NCBI GenBank assembly: GCA_964611095.1
Contig: CAZSWJ010000001.1
Span: 31,735-95,734, forward strand
Origin: an uncultured Candidatus Peribacteria bacterium
GTDB lineage: Bacteria; Patescibacteriota; Gracilibacteria; Peribacterales; Peribacteraceae
DNA length: 64,000 nt
Reading direction: 5' to 3'
Shown: piece after piece, positions 1 through 9,332 of the stretch
Numbering within the stretch: the stretch's first letter is position 1
Layout: each line of letters begins with the position of its first letter
Position numbers and translations under genes: made by a program
Notes under the pieces: model-generated
The model's input: only the letters and a program-made list of their open reading frames with translations
Database searches by the model: none
Told to the model about the DNA's origin: nothing

Positions 1-63
1 ACAGCCGCCGTGATCCTGGACGTGCTCACGCCTTCGCCGATACAATCCTGATCCATTTCCCCC

Positions 64-714
64 GTGACTATGCGCAAGAGTTTCACACTCGCCACCGCCT
101 TTCTGTCGCTCGTCGCACTCGCGGCCTGCAACGCCACCACTCCTCCCGCTTCTCCTCCACCCACTCCCCCCACTTCCATGAGCAACTCCTCCGTAGGCCC
201 CACCTGGACGTGGGACGGCAAAGAACTTCTGACCGGCACGCACCAGGCGATCATCAAGACCTCCATGGGTGACATCACCGTCGAGCTCGATGCCAAGTCC
301 GCACCGAAGACCGTGACGAACTTTTTGGCCCTCGCTTCGCAGGGTTACTACAACGGCGTCACGTTCCACCGCGTCATTCCCGGATTCATGATCCAGGGCG
401 GCGACCCGAGCGGCAACGGCACGGGCGGCAAGAGCGTGTACGGCGAGACGTTCGAAGACGAGATCAATCCGAACTCCGTCCTCTACAAGTCGGGTTACAA
501 GGCCGGCGTCATCGCCATGGCCAACCGCGGACCGGACACGAACGGCAGCCAGTTCTTCATCATGGACACCGACTACCCGCTTCCTCCGAACTACACGATC
601 TTCGGTCACGTCACCGAGGGTCAGCAGGTGGTCAACGCCATCGCACGCGTTGCACGCGGCCCGAACGACATGCCGACCCAGAAAGTCACGTTCAGCGTGA
701 AGATCGTCAAATAA
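64..714 (+). CDS. Cyclophilin-type peptidyl-prolyl cis-trans isomerase, probable lipoprotein
   Basis: 216-aa ORF with FHRVIPGFMIQGGDP, GTGG and SQFFI cyclophilin motifs. N-terminal signal with lipobox LAAC. Start is GTG 64 or ATG 70. Confidence 0.9.
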   Translation: MTMRKSFTLATAFLSLVALAACNATTPPASPPPTPPTSMSNSSVGPTWTWDGKELLTGTHQAIIKTSMGDITVELDAKSAPKTVTNFLALASQGYYNGVTFHRVIPGFMIQGGDPSGNGTGGKSVYGETFEDEINPNSVLYKSGYKAGVIAMANRGPDTNGSQFFIMDTDYPLPPNYTIFGHVTEGQQVVNAIARVARGPNDMPTQKVTFSVKIVK

Positions 715-733
715 GCATTTCAACCTAGAAAGT

Positions 734-766
734 GGCAGGAAGGCCATGATTGCCTTTCTGCCTTTT
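734..766 (+). terminator. Intrinsic-terminator-like hairpin after the PPIase gene
   Basis: ggcaggaaggc / gcctttctgcc stem (1 mismatch), 7-nt loop, then TTTT. Confidence 0.55.
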
Positions 767-789
767 CCGCGTTCGACTATCCTCTCCGC

Positions 790-2250
790 ATGCGCACACG
801 CTTCGCACCGTCCCCCACGGGCGCTCTCCATATCGGCGGTCTCCGCACGGCGCTCTTCGCGTGGCTCGTCGCCAAAAAGACAAAGGGCAGTTTCACGCTG
901 CGCATCGAAGACACCGATCGTGCCCGCGAAGTTCCGGGCGCCACCGAAGGCATCGTTCGCACACTCACGGGTGCCGGCATTCCGCCCGACGAAGGCGTGA
1001 TGCTCGACGCCGCGGGCATGCTCATCGAAAAAGGAGCATACGGTCCGTACTTTCAGTCCAAGCGCCTGCCGCTCTACCAAGAGCACGTGAAGACGCTCCT
1101 CGACAATGGTTCGGCATACCACTGTTTCTGTACGTCGCAGCGACTCGAAGAAATGCGCAAGAAACAGCAGGAGCGCAGACAAGCACCGATGTACGACCGC
1201 ACGTGCTGCGATCTTCCGAAGTCCGACGTGGAGAAGCGCATCGCCGCGGGCGAGAAGTACGTCATCCGCATGAAAGTGCCGCACGAGGAAACCGTGACGT
1301 ACGAGGACGGCATCTACGGCACGCTCTCGTTCAAGGGGCACACCATCGATGATCAGGTCCTGATGAAGTCCGACGGATTTCCGACGTACCACCTGGCGCA
1401 CGTCGTCGACGATCACTTCATGAAAACCGATCTCGTGATTCGCGGCGAAGAGTGGCTGAGCTCGCTCCCCAAACATCTCCTCCTCTTCAAGGCGCTCGGC
1501 TGGGACGCGCCGAAGTACGCGCACGTGCCGCTGCTCCTCAACGCCGACCGCACGAAGCTCAGCAAGCGCCAGAACGACGTGGCCGCCGAAGATTATTTGA
1601 AGAAAGGATATTTGCCCGAAGCACTCATCAACTTTCTCGCACTCCTCGGCTGGAACCCCGGCACCGAGCAGGAAATTTTCTCACTGCCCGAACTCGTCGA
1701 GGCGTTCAGCATCGAGCGCGTACAGAAATCCGGCGCCGTGTTCGATCTGGAGAAGCTCGCTTGGGTTCAGGGCCAGTGGATGCGGAAAATCCCCGCATCG
1801 GACTTCGCCGCGCGCATCAAGTCGCTCGTGACGGAGAAGTATCCCGCCGCCGCAAGCGATGCCAAGTTCGTCGAGCGCGCCGCACTCATTCAGGAGCGCA
1901 TCACGTTCTTCACCGAGGCGCCCGACATGATGTCGTACTTGTACGAAACGCCGACGGCATCCATGGATCTGCTCGCGAGTCCCAAGCAGAAAATCGACAA
2001 AGCCGATATTCCGAAGATCGTCGCGTTCCTCACGGCCGAACTCTCCAAAGTGTCGGACAAAGATTGGTCGCTCGACGGCATCAAGGCCGCACTCGACCCC
2101 GCCATCGCCGCATCGGGATTCAAGAAAGGCCAAATCCTGTGGCCGCTCCGCGCCGCGCTTACCGGCCGCGAGTACTCGCCCGGTGCCTACGAAGTGGCGG
2201 CGCTCCTCGGCAAAGACGAGACGATGAAAAGACTTGCCGCCATCGCATAA
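790..2250 (+). CDS. gltX: Glutamyl-tRNA synthetase
   Basis: 486 aa. N-terminus RFAPSPTGALHIGG (HIGH motif) and KLSKR (KMSKS motif). Typical class I GluRS length. Confidence 0.95.
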   Translation: MRTRFAPSPTGALHIGGLRTALFAWLVAKKTKGSFTLRIEDTDRAREVPGATEGIVRTLTGAGIPPDEGVMLDAAGMLIEKGAYGPYFQSKRLPLYQEHVKTLLDNGSAYHCFCTSQRLEEMRKKQQERRQAPMYDRTCCDLPKSDVEKRIAAGEKYVIRMKVPHEETVTYEDGIYGTLSFKGHTIDDQVLMKSDGFPTYHLAHVVDDHFMKTDLVIRGEEWLSSLPKHLLLFKALGWDAPKYAHVPLLLNADRTKLSKRQNDVAAEDYLKKGYLPEALINFLALLGWNPGTEQEIFSLPELVEAFSIERVQKSGAVFDLEKLAWVQGQWMRKIPASDFAARIKSLVTEKYPAAASDAKFVERAALIQERITFFTEAPDMMSYLYETPTASMDLLASPKQKIDKADIPKIVAFLTAELSKVSDKDWSLDGIKAALDPAIAASGFKKGQILWPLRAALTGREYSPGAYEVAALLGKDETMKRLAAIA

Positions 2251-2264
2251 CGAACAAGCCGAAA

Positions 2265-2666
2265 ATTCTTTTGGCCGACGACAGCAATGACAGGATCGAG
2301 TGGTACGTCGACATGACCCAAAGAACACGCCCCGATCTCGAGCCCGTGACGGTCCAAACGGTGACGGCTGCGCGCGTGAGTCTTGCCGATACGATCTTTT
2401 CGGGTGCCGTCATCGATTATGATTTTTACGGAGTGCCCGGCGGACCGCGCATCATCAAGGCACTTCGAGAACTGGAGGCCGCGAGGGGAGATTTTCGTGC
2501 ACGCGTGACGCTTGCCACGGGATTTGGAGACCAGAAATTTGAGCGGTGCAAAGCCGAAGCGCTGCAAGCGGGTGCGGATCACGCCATTTCCATACACTAC
2601 ACGAACGACGATTACTGGAATCAGCTCAGGGAATTTTTGGAAACGATCGTCGTTGCGCCCGGCTGA
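2265..2666 (+). CDS. Stand-alone response-regulator receiver-like domain protein (start uncertain, non-ATG)
   Basis: The C-terminal part of the 1452..2666 ORF reads ILLADDS...VIDYDF...LATGF, a CheY-like layout. The first ATG (2313) lies after the acidic LLADD pocket, so an ATT/TTG start near 2265-2271 right after the gltX stop is more likely. Confidence 0.55.
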   Translation: MLLADDSNDRIEWYVDMTQRTRPDLEPVTVQTVTAARVSLADTIFSGAVIDYDFYGVPGGPRIIKALRELEAARGDFRARVTLATGFGDQKFERCKAEALQAGADHAISIHYTNDDYWNQLREFLETIVVAPG

Positions 2667-2670
2667 ACAG

Positions 2671-2679
2671 TGGTACAAT
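2671..2679 (+). promoter_or_regulatory. Extended -10 element TGGTACAAT
   Basis: TGnTAnAAT-type sequence. An in-frame ATG at 2687 lies 7 nt downstream, which fits a leaderless start. Confidence 0.4.
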
Positions 2680-3148
2680 GCAGGCCATGGATGAAGACGA
2701 AGTCGAAGTCGATATCACCAACGCCGGCGGCAAAGCGATCATCGAAGGAAAGACGTCCGTGCCGTTCAAGACGTTCGTGAGCCTCATCTTGCAGCGCAAG
2801 GTGCAGGGGCTCTTCAAGCGCAGCCAGAAAGACATCGTCATCGTGGGCAGCGACCTCCTCACGGCGCTCGCGAGCGCTCCCGAGGACAAGCAGGAAGACC
2901 GCGGCAAGCTCGTGCTCGTCACGTTCTTCGTGGGCATTCTCGCGGGAGTGTTCCTCACGGTCGCGACGTTCCTCGCACTCATGGGTCTCAGAATTCAGCC
3001 CGCCATGCAGGACCTCGGCATCGTTCTCGGGGTCATCATTGGCATCGCCGTTCTGGCCGTGCTTCTGCAGAAGGGCCAGAAGAAGAGCGGATTCAAGGAC
3101 AAACTCATGGAAACGATGGAGAAGGTCACGGACACGGTTTCCCGCTAA
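2678..3148 (+). CDS. Hypothetical membrane protein
   Basis: ORF with two hydrophobic helices (LVLVTFFVGILAGVFLTVATFLALMGL and LGIVLGVIIGIAVLAVLL). Start is ATG 2678 or in-frame ATG 2687. Confidence 0.6.
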   Translation: MQAMDEDEVEVDITNAGGKAIIEGKTSVPFKTFVSLILQRKVQGLFKRSQKDIVIVGSDLLTALASAPEDKQEDRGKLVLVTFFVGILAGVFLTVATFLALMGLRIQPAMQDLGIVLGVIIGIAVLAVLLQKGQKKSGFKDKLMETMEKVTDTVSR

Positions 3149-3175
3149 ACGTCGCCGATATGCTACGGTAGTTTT

Positions 3176-4054
3176 ATGTTGCAGCTGCAGCCCGATTTTT
3201 TGCTCCGGCCCAAGACGACGATGCGTATCGGCGGCACGGCCAAGCAGTACGCCATGCTCGAGTCGCGCGAGGACGCGGAAGAGGCGATGCGATATTCCGT
3301 GGAGCACAACCTGAAATTCCTGCCTCTCGGCAGCGGATCGAACACGATTTTTTCAGGTGAAGGTGTGAACGCCCTCGTCGTGCAGGTGAAGCATTCCTCC
3401 GTCGTCGTCGATCACCACTCGGTCACCGTGGGTGCGGGAAAAAACTTGCCGATGCTCATCAACGAACTCGCGGAACTTGGTCTGGATCTTTCGGCACTCA
3501 CCGGAATTCCGGGCACGGTGGGCGGTGCCGTCTTCGGCAATGCGGGACAAGGACCGAAAGGAGTATGGATCGACAGTTTCGTGACGTCCGTCACGGCGCT
3601 CGTCGATGGCGAATGGCAAACATTCGGCAAAGACGACTGCGATTTTTCGTACCGCGAAAGCATCTTCAAGCACATGGCGGCCCAGGGTTCGTATCCGCTC
3701 ATTTTTGAGGTGAAACTCGCCGTTCCGAATGACGATGCGGCGCTCATCAAAGCCAATATCCAGGCATTGCTCAAAAAGCGCATCGAGACGCAGCCGCACC
3801 TCAAAACCGCAGGCTCGTGCTTCAAGGCCGTGGGTGGAACACCCGCGTGGCAGCTCATCGATGATGCCGGACTCCGCGGACACAAAGTCGGCGGCGTCCA
3901 GATCGCCGAGAAGCATGCGAACTTCCTGCTGAACGTCGGCGAAGCGACGTACACGGACGCGGTCGCGGTCGTAAGCGAGGTGAAGAAAAAAATTCCGGAG
4001 AATCTGGAAGTGGAAATGCGGTTCATCGAGCCGGACGGCTCGCTCAAGTTTTAA
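3176..4054 (+). CDS. murB: UDP-N-acetylenolpyruvoylglucosamine reductase
   Basis: 292 aa with RIGG, GSGSN, GIPGTVGGAVFGNAG, FSYRES and AGSCFK motifs typical of MurB. Confidence 0.9.
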   Translation: MLQLQPDFLLRPKTTMRIGGTAKQYAMLESREDAEEAMRYSVEHNLKFLPLGSGSNTIFSGEGVNALVVQVKHSSVVVDHHSVTVGAGKNLPMLINELAELGLDLSALTGIPGTVGGAVFGNAGQGPKGVWIDSFVTSVTALVDGEWQTFGKDDCDFSYRESIFKHMAAQGSYPLIFEVKLAVPNDDAALIKANIQALLKKRIETQPHLKTAGSCFKAVGGTPAWQLIDDAGLRGHKVGGVQIAEKHANFLLNVGEATYTDAVAVVSEVKKKIPENLEVEMRFIEPDGSLKF

Positions 4055-4323
4055 GTCGAGGGGTCGTCATCCTCCGCATCAACGTCACGTTGGTTGCTGA
4101 ATAATCGTCGCATCTTTTGAGACAGCACCGCGGCATCGTACCAACTGAAGCCGAGCTCTTTGTCGCCGGCATATCTGCCGAATGTTTGCAGAGTTGCCAT
4201 TCGGCTTTCCGGTGTATCGTCGTACAAGAAAACATAGCGCTCGTCCTCTTTGACGAGAGCGAGGATATTGATGCCGGAACCTTCGGGTGTGCGTGCCATA
4301 AGGAGCGCATGGTCGAGCAGCAC
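4051..4323 (-). CDS. Hypothetical small protein
   Basis: 90-aa ORF (GTG 4323 or ATG 4299) with a non-shadow-like composition. Its stop overlaps the murB stop in TTAA. No family recognised. Confidence 0.45.
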   Translation of the reverse strand: MLLDHALLMARTPEGSGINILALVKEDERYVFLYDDTPESRMATLQTFGRYAGDKELGFSWYDAAVLSQKMRRLFSNQRDVDAEDDDPST

Positions 4324-4444
4324 GTTGTTTCACACAAGAGAAACGGACGGCCAAGGCAACGGTTGGCTTATTTCAGAGAAAAACTCATCATACGAAAAAC
4401 CCCTGCCGCCAATGGACAAGGGTTTTCGTTGTTTGCATTCGTGA

Positions 4445-5296
4445 TTAGAACGGCAGGTCCTCGGGCTTGATCTCGGACTCGTACTTGATGTCCGGAATGT
4501 TGGCCGCAACGGGAGCCGAATTCTCGCTCGGTGCGGACTTGCGGCTCGGCATGGCGACGCCGTCCGTCTGCACGGACGAGGAAGCGTCGGCGTTCTTGCA
4601 GCCGAGCAGCGTGCACTGGTCGGCGATGATCTCGGTGGTGGCGCGCTTCTGGCCTTCTTTCGTTTCCCAGGTGCGCGTTTGCACGCGGCCGGCGACGAAG
4701 ACGCGCTGACCTTTCTTCACGCTCTGCTGCACGGCCTTGGCGAGGTCGCCCCAAATCACCACGTTGTGGAATTCGGTGCGCTCTTTGGTTTCGCCGGTGG
4801 CCTTTTCCTTCCAGCGCTCGTTCGTGGCGACGCCGATGGTGAGCACGTTCTGGCCGCTCGTGGTCGTGCGCATCTCGGGCTCACGAGTGACGTTGCCGAT
4901 AACCTGCGCGCGGTTGATGCAGCTGCCGATGGCGGCGTCCGCGGGAGCCTCGCGCTGACCGTCCTTCGGATCCAAGAGAATCAGATCCATGGCGACGATC
5001 TTGGTCTTACTGCGCTTCTCTTTGCTCGTGGTGTCTTCCCACGCATCGGTCTGCAAGCGTCCGGAAACGAACAATTGCGAACCGGGACGAACGTACTGGC
5101 CGGCGACGTCGGCCATGGCGCCCCAAATGGTGACGGTGTGGAAACTCTTGCCCGAAAGGGTCTCGCCCTTGCTCGTTTGGAACGAGTACGGGACGACGAT
5201 GTTGAGGTCGGTCACACTCGCGCCGCCGGGAGTTTGGCGGACGGTGACGGGTTGTGTTTGGTAGCCGATGATGTCGATCCTGTTCAGAGAGAACAT
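4445..5296 (-). CDS. ssb: Single-stranded DNA-binding protein with two tandem OB folds
   Basis: From ATG 5296 (MFSLNRIDIIGY...). Two SSB-like OB segments (NRIDIIGY..FHTVTIWG..GSQLFVSGRLQT and NRAQVIGNV..FHNVVIWG..GQRVFVAGRVQTR) and an acidic C-terminal tip EDLPF. Confidence 0.85.
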   Translation of the reverse strand: MFSLNRIDIIGYQTQPVTVRQTPGGASVTDLNIVVPYSFQTSKGETLSGKSFHTVTIWGAMADVAGQYVRPGSQLFVSGRLQTDAWEDTTSKEKRSKTKIVAMDLILLDPKDGQREAPADAAIGSCINRAQVIGNVTREPEMRTTTSGQNVLTIGVATNERWKEKATGETKERTEFHNVVIWGDLAKAVQQSVKKGQRVFVAGRVQTRTWETKEGQKRATTEIIADQCTLLGCKNADASSSVQTDGVAMPSRKSAPSENSAPVAANIPDIKYESEIKPEDLPF

Positions 5297-5504
5297 GTCT
5301 GAGGGGGGGAATGGGAGTAGAGGAGGTCTCGGGTTCCCGCGATCGTCGGGAATGAAGCCTTGATACGACGTAAAAATCGTAACGTGAACGAACGTACACC
5401 TCTCATTTTTCTCGATCAACAAGAAGACATTGATCGGAAATTTTTTTGTTTCGTGATACCAAATTTTTGAAGGACTGCGACGGGCGTTTCAGCCGATTGT
5501 TCAG

Positions 5505-5510
5505 TACAAT
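5505..5510 (+). promoter_or_regulatory. Candidate -10 hexamer TACAAT upstream of the five-gene operon
   Basis: TACAAT sits 41 nt before ATG 5552 in a 255-nt divergent intergenic region. Confidence 0.3.
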
Positions 5511-5551
5511 TCCGAGAGTTTCCGTGTCCGCGGGAAAATCGTTCGGTCGGT

Positions 5552-8500
5552 ATGAGTCGTTCACTCTCCTTCAGCATCGCGCTTGCTTCCGTTCTCCTGG
5601 TCACCGCGAGCGCGGGTGCCGAAGCGTTCAAACCCCAAATCCGCGAGACCAAGACGTTCGCCGACTTCACGCAGGGACTCCAAGAAATGCGGGACAACAT
5701 CGAGACCGTGCAGTGCGGAGGATGGGTCGACGATTCCGAGGCGCAGGTGATGGGCGCATCGGTGAAAGGCAAGTTGCCCATTCCCATCATCAGCCCCGAC
5801 ATTCCGGGCCGCTCCAACAAAGGCGCGACGGCCAAAGCCGTCACGGGCCTGGGAGACCGCGGCGAATTCGAATACCCGGACAGTGCGTGGGGCTACAGTT
5901 CGGCGTGCGACATCGTGGAGTACAACGGTAAGCCGATGCACGACGACGATCTGGCAAAACTGGGGATAGATCTGAAAATCAATGAAGATGGCAGCGTGAA
6001 AATGGTCGGCGGCAGTGGCGAGATCGACATCAATCCGTTCGCCTGGTGCATCCGCATGGACAAGGCAACGCCCAAGTACTGCAAACGCCTCTTCGACGCC
6101 TACAAGCAACTCTCGGCAATCGCCCCCCGCCCCGATCCTGAAGCCCTGTGCCCGTGCGCCGATGCGCTCAATGAGTGTCCGCCGCGCCCCCCCAAGCGCT
6201 ACTGCTTCGATGCGTTCGAAGACGGTGACGAAGGCGGGCCGTACTCGTTCGTGTGTCACGGAACGAGCGACAAGAAAGACAAGGTCACGACGACCTTCCC
6301 CGACGCGCCGCCGCAAGACCGCACGTGTCGCACGACCTGGGAACCCGAGTTCAAGAACAAGATGACGGAGTGTTCTGCGACGGACGTGTTCGATGATGCC
6401 GGTAATTACCTCGGCAAAAACGTGAGCGTCAACGTTCCCGGCGAGCACCTGGCCGTGGCAAGCTCGTACTACCGTCACTATGCGCAGGACTATCACGTCC
6501 CGGGCATCACCGTGAAAGCGTTCAGTGACGGCACCGCGGAAAAAATCATCAAAGAGTGGAAAGTTCGCGCCGAGTGTTACGAGTACTACAAAGAAGAAGA
6601 TCCGAAGCAAACCATCACGAGCATGGAGGACGAGCAGTGCGAATTCATCATCGCCACGCCCGACGAGCAGAGCCCGGACAAGCCGCAGTGGCCGCCGGGC
6701 GAGGGTTACCGGCAGAAACAAGACTACAAACCCGACCCGGTGAAAGTGCAGGAACCGCCGCGCCAAAACCGCGACACGCCCGAACCGTGGAAGGCCGACA
6801 CGAAGACGAACCTCAACATGATCGACATGGAAAAACTGAAGGAGAAGCAAAAAGATTTCGAAGATCCGTCCGACATCAGCCAGGTCCTCGGCGCGCTTCT
6901 GCCCACGCGTCAGACGGCGAGCAAAACCGTGAGTGCCAATGCGCGCACCGACATGTTCGACGACACCGCCGAGCGAGGCTTCAGCAAATTCTGGGAAGAG
7001 CAGCAGCGCGAACTCCTCAAAATGACGGCCGATCCGCAGACGCGCCTCATCATGCCGGCGCGCTTCCTCGTGGGACTTGCCAGCACCGATCCGCTCTACG
7101 ATCTCGTCCGCGGGGTCGTTTCGCGCTCCGACGGCACGGTGGAAATCGCGCTGAAGGGCGGACTCGAGGATCTCGGCAGCGTGCTGACATCCTTCCAGAG
7201 AACCTACATCGCTCCTCTCCGCGAGGTGCGCATCCCCATCCTGGTGCCGCTCATCTCGGTGGAGGAAATCGACGCGCGGATTTTCGACTGGAAGCAGTGG
7301 CAACTCGCCGAAAAGAAAGACGCCGCGAATCCGGCGTCGCCCCGTGCATCGCTCGACGGTGAAGCGGAACCGCTCATCCAAAAATTGGAGAGTTACAAGA
7401 CGATCATCGGCAAAGAGCGCGAGCTCCGTGGCGCGCTCGCCAAGCTCCTCGTGAAACTCTTCGGACCGGAGAAAGAAATCCGGGAGTACTTCGCGCAGTG
7501 GTACAAGATGAACACCGATCTGCTCGTGCAGGCCGCGCAGCGCTCCGTGCAGCGCAGGGAGCTCCAGCGCATTTGGAAACTGACACAGCAATCCATGCTC
7601 CAGGCCGACGAGTGCCAGATGCTCTGGTGCGCGAATAACCGTTACTCGGTGCCGGTGTACTCGCTCCTCGACAACTGGTGGCAGGAGGAGGGATCGGAAG
7701 GCAGCGGACGCGATCCCGGGTACAAACCCAAGTCGCTCAAGGAAGTGGGCTACGTTCAACCCCCGGATTTGCTCTTCGATTTCTCCGACGTGCGCTTCCC
7801 GCGCGACCCGCTGCGCGTCCCAGTGCTGGAGCCCATCATCGTGAAGGTGAAGCTGCCGTCGCCGCCGCTCATCGGCCAGCACCCCGAAGCGGCCGAACTC
7901 TTCCCCGACCTTCCCACGCTTCCCGGCGCCGATATTTTCTCGTCGTTCACGCCGCCGACGACCGACTTGCCTCCTCCCAAGCGCATCACGCTTCCGCCGA
8001 CCGTGGACTTGGACAAGGCCAAGGACATGCTTCGCGAGATCCGCAAAAAGATCGACGGAAAATCCATCGATGAACAAAAAATTGAGGAAGACGAACTCAA
8101 GGACAACCCCAAGGCCGCGGAGGAAAATTTCGCCATGGATCGAAAGAGCATGCGCGGTGCGTACTGCCGTTTCCCGCCGAGCATCGTCATTCCTCCCGAC
8201 CAACAGGAAGAGAGCGGCAACCCCGCCAAAATCATCCACGTCGAGAACGATCTCAAGGAACGTTTGGCGCGCCTGTTCTCGCGTTGGATGCCCGAGCGCA
8301 AGGAGGACAACGCCGGTCGCGTGGCGAGACTCCGCACCGAGGGGCCCAAGTCCGATTGTTTTGAGGACGTGCTGTGCTACATCCTTCCGCCCGAGAAAAA
8401 CGTTTTCGCGACGTGGCAGTGGTTCATGCCCAAGGGACCGGGCGCCGACTTCACCGGCATCGCCGACGACATAAAGTCGCAAACGCTTCCCGAGGAAGAT

Positions 8501-8593
8501 CAGAACCCGTACCAAGCGACGATGGAAACGCTGAAGAAAATTTTCCCGAATATCACGCTGCCGATTCCGGTCGATCCCCTGCCTCCGTTCTGA
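5552..8593 (+). CDS. Large secreted Cys- and Pro-rich protein, unknown function
   Basis: 1013 aa. Signal peptide MSRSLSFSIALASVLLVTASAGAEA. Sensible composition, unlike the Arg/His-rich antisense ORF. First gene of a coupled operon. Confidence 0.8.
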   Translation: MSRSLSFSIALASVLLVTASAGAEAFKPQIRETKTFADFTQGLQEMRDNIETVQCGGWVDDSEAQVMGASVKGKLPIPIISPDIPGRSNKGATAKAVTGLGDRGEFEYPDSAWGYSSACDIVEYNGKPMHDDDLAKLGIDLKINEDGSVKMVGGSGEIDINPFAWCIRMDKATPKYCKRLFDAYKQLSAIAPRPDPEALCPCADALNECPPRPPKRYCFDAFEDGDEGGPYSFVCHGTSDKKDKVTTTFPDAPPQDRTCRTTWEPEFKNKMTECSATDVFDDAGNYLGKNVSVNVPGEHLAVASSYYRHYAQDYHVPGITVKAFSDGTAEKIIKEWKVRAECYEYYKEEDPKQTITSMEDEQCEFIIATPDEQSPDKPQWPPGEGYRQKQDYKPDPVKVQEPPRQNRDTPEPWKADTKTNLNMIDMEKLKEKQKDFEDPSDISQVLGALLPTRQTASKTVSANARTDMFDDTAERGFSKFWEEQQRELLKMTADPQTRLIMPARFLVGLASTDPLYDLVRGVVSRSDGTVEIALKGGLEDLGSVLTSFQRTYIAPLREVRIPILVPLISVEEIDARIFDWKQWQLAEKKDAANPASPRASLDGEAEPLIQKLESYKTIIGKERELRGALAKLLVKLFGPEKEIREYFAQWYKMNTDLLVQAAQRSVQRRELQRIWKLTQQSMLQADECQMLWCANNRYSVPVYSLLDNWWQEEGSEGSGRDPGYKPKSLKEVGYVQPPDLLFDFSDVRFPRDPLRVPVLEPIIVKVKLPSPPLIGQHPEAAELFPDLPTLPGADIFSSFTPPTTDLPPPKRITLPPTVDLDKAKDMLREIRKKIDGKSIDEQKIEEDELKDNPKAAEENFAMDRKSMRGAYCRFPPSIVIPPDQQEESGNPAKIIHVENDLKERLARLFSRWMPERKEDNAGRVARLRTEGPKSDCFEDVLCYILPPEKNVFATWQWFMPKGPGADFTGIADDIKSQTLPEEDQNPYQATMETLKKIFPNITLPIPVDPLPPF

Positions 8594-8595
8594 TC

Positions 8596-9327
8596 ATGCG
8601 ACGCTTCCTCGTCACCGCATTGGCACTTCTGCTCCTCGCGCCTCCGGCGTACGCCGCCGACAAGCCCGACCAGGGTGCGTGCTTCGAGCGCGTGAGCAAG
8701 GATTTCAAGGCCATCAACGCGGAGTACCGCTCGGTGCTCCTCGGCAGTCGCCGCGACAAAGACGGAAAATTCGCCGTGCTCACGGGCGGCTTCACCGACA
8801 AGCTTCGCGTCGGCATTTTCGAGACGAAGGGTCGCGAATCATCCGAGCTCATCGACCCTGCACTCCAGAGTTTCCGCGTCTACCGTTGCAAGATGACGTC
8901 GGTCTGCGAGGCGATGAGCCGATCGTTCGGCAGCGACGACAAGGCACCGTTCCCGGTACAACCGCTCGGCTGCGAAGAGGTGCAACTCAGCCGCTATCCC
9001 GAGTGTTACTTCGGCGGCACGGACCCGAACACCACCACCGAAGCCGATGCATCCGACCAGCTCTCGGTGCTCGACATGGTCACGGCGTGCACGCAGTTCG
9101 TCGATGACAGCGTGCAGTCCGAGGCCGCCGTCCTGCGTCTCATCGTGGGTTACGACGCGGGCTACCGTTCGCTCCTGCAATTCGCCGGAATGATGGACTG
9201 GATGATGGAAGGTTTCCCGGAGCAAACCATCCGCGCCATCGCCGACATGGTGAACTTGCTCGGAAAATTGCATCAAATCCCGTGTTACATCGGTCAGTGC
9301 GATCTGCCGAGCACCGAGTCGCTCTAA
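8596..9327 (+). CDS. Secreted Cys-rich protein, unknown function
   Basis: ATG 8596 is 2 nt after the upstream stop. Signal MRRFLVTALALLLLAPPAYA. 8 Cys in the mature part. C-terminal CYIGQC motif. Confidence 0.75.
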   Translation: MRRFLVTALALLLLAPPAYAADKPDQGACFERVSKDFKAINAEYRSVLLGSRRDKDGKFAVLTGGFTDKLRVGIFETKGRESSELIDPALQSFRVYRCKMTSVCEAMSRSFGSDDKAPFPVQPLGCEEVQLSRYPECYFGGTDPNTTTEADASDQLSVLDMVTACTQFVDDSVQSEAAVLRLIVGYDAGYRSLLQFAGMMDWMMEGFPEQTIRAIADMVNLLGKLHQIPCYIGQCDLPSTESL

Positions 9328-9332
9328 ACTTC

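Noticed and set aside
1452-2666. 404-aa ORF spanning the gltX 3' half and the receiver domain
   Set aside because: The first ~270 aa overlap gltX in another frame and are Arg-rich nonsense. Only the segment after the gltX stop looks real.
5413-5447. Hairpin cgatcaa-N10-ttgatcg followed by T7 in the ssb / operon divergent region
   Set aside because: The stem is weak (7 bp, AT-rich) and there is no upstream gene to terminate. It might be an operator, but the evidence is too thin to annotate.
5561-8515. 984-aa ORF antisense to the 1013-aa secreted-protein gene
   Set aside because: It has an Arg/His/Gly/Val-rich composition with no motifs. The plus-strand ORF has a signal peptide and normal composition. 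Long shadow ORFs are expected when the sense strand is GC3-rich and avoids TTA/CTA/TCA codons.
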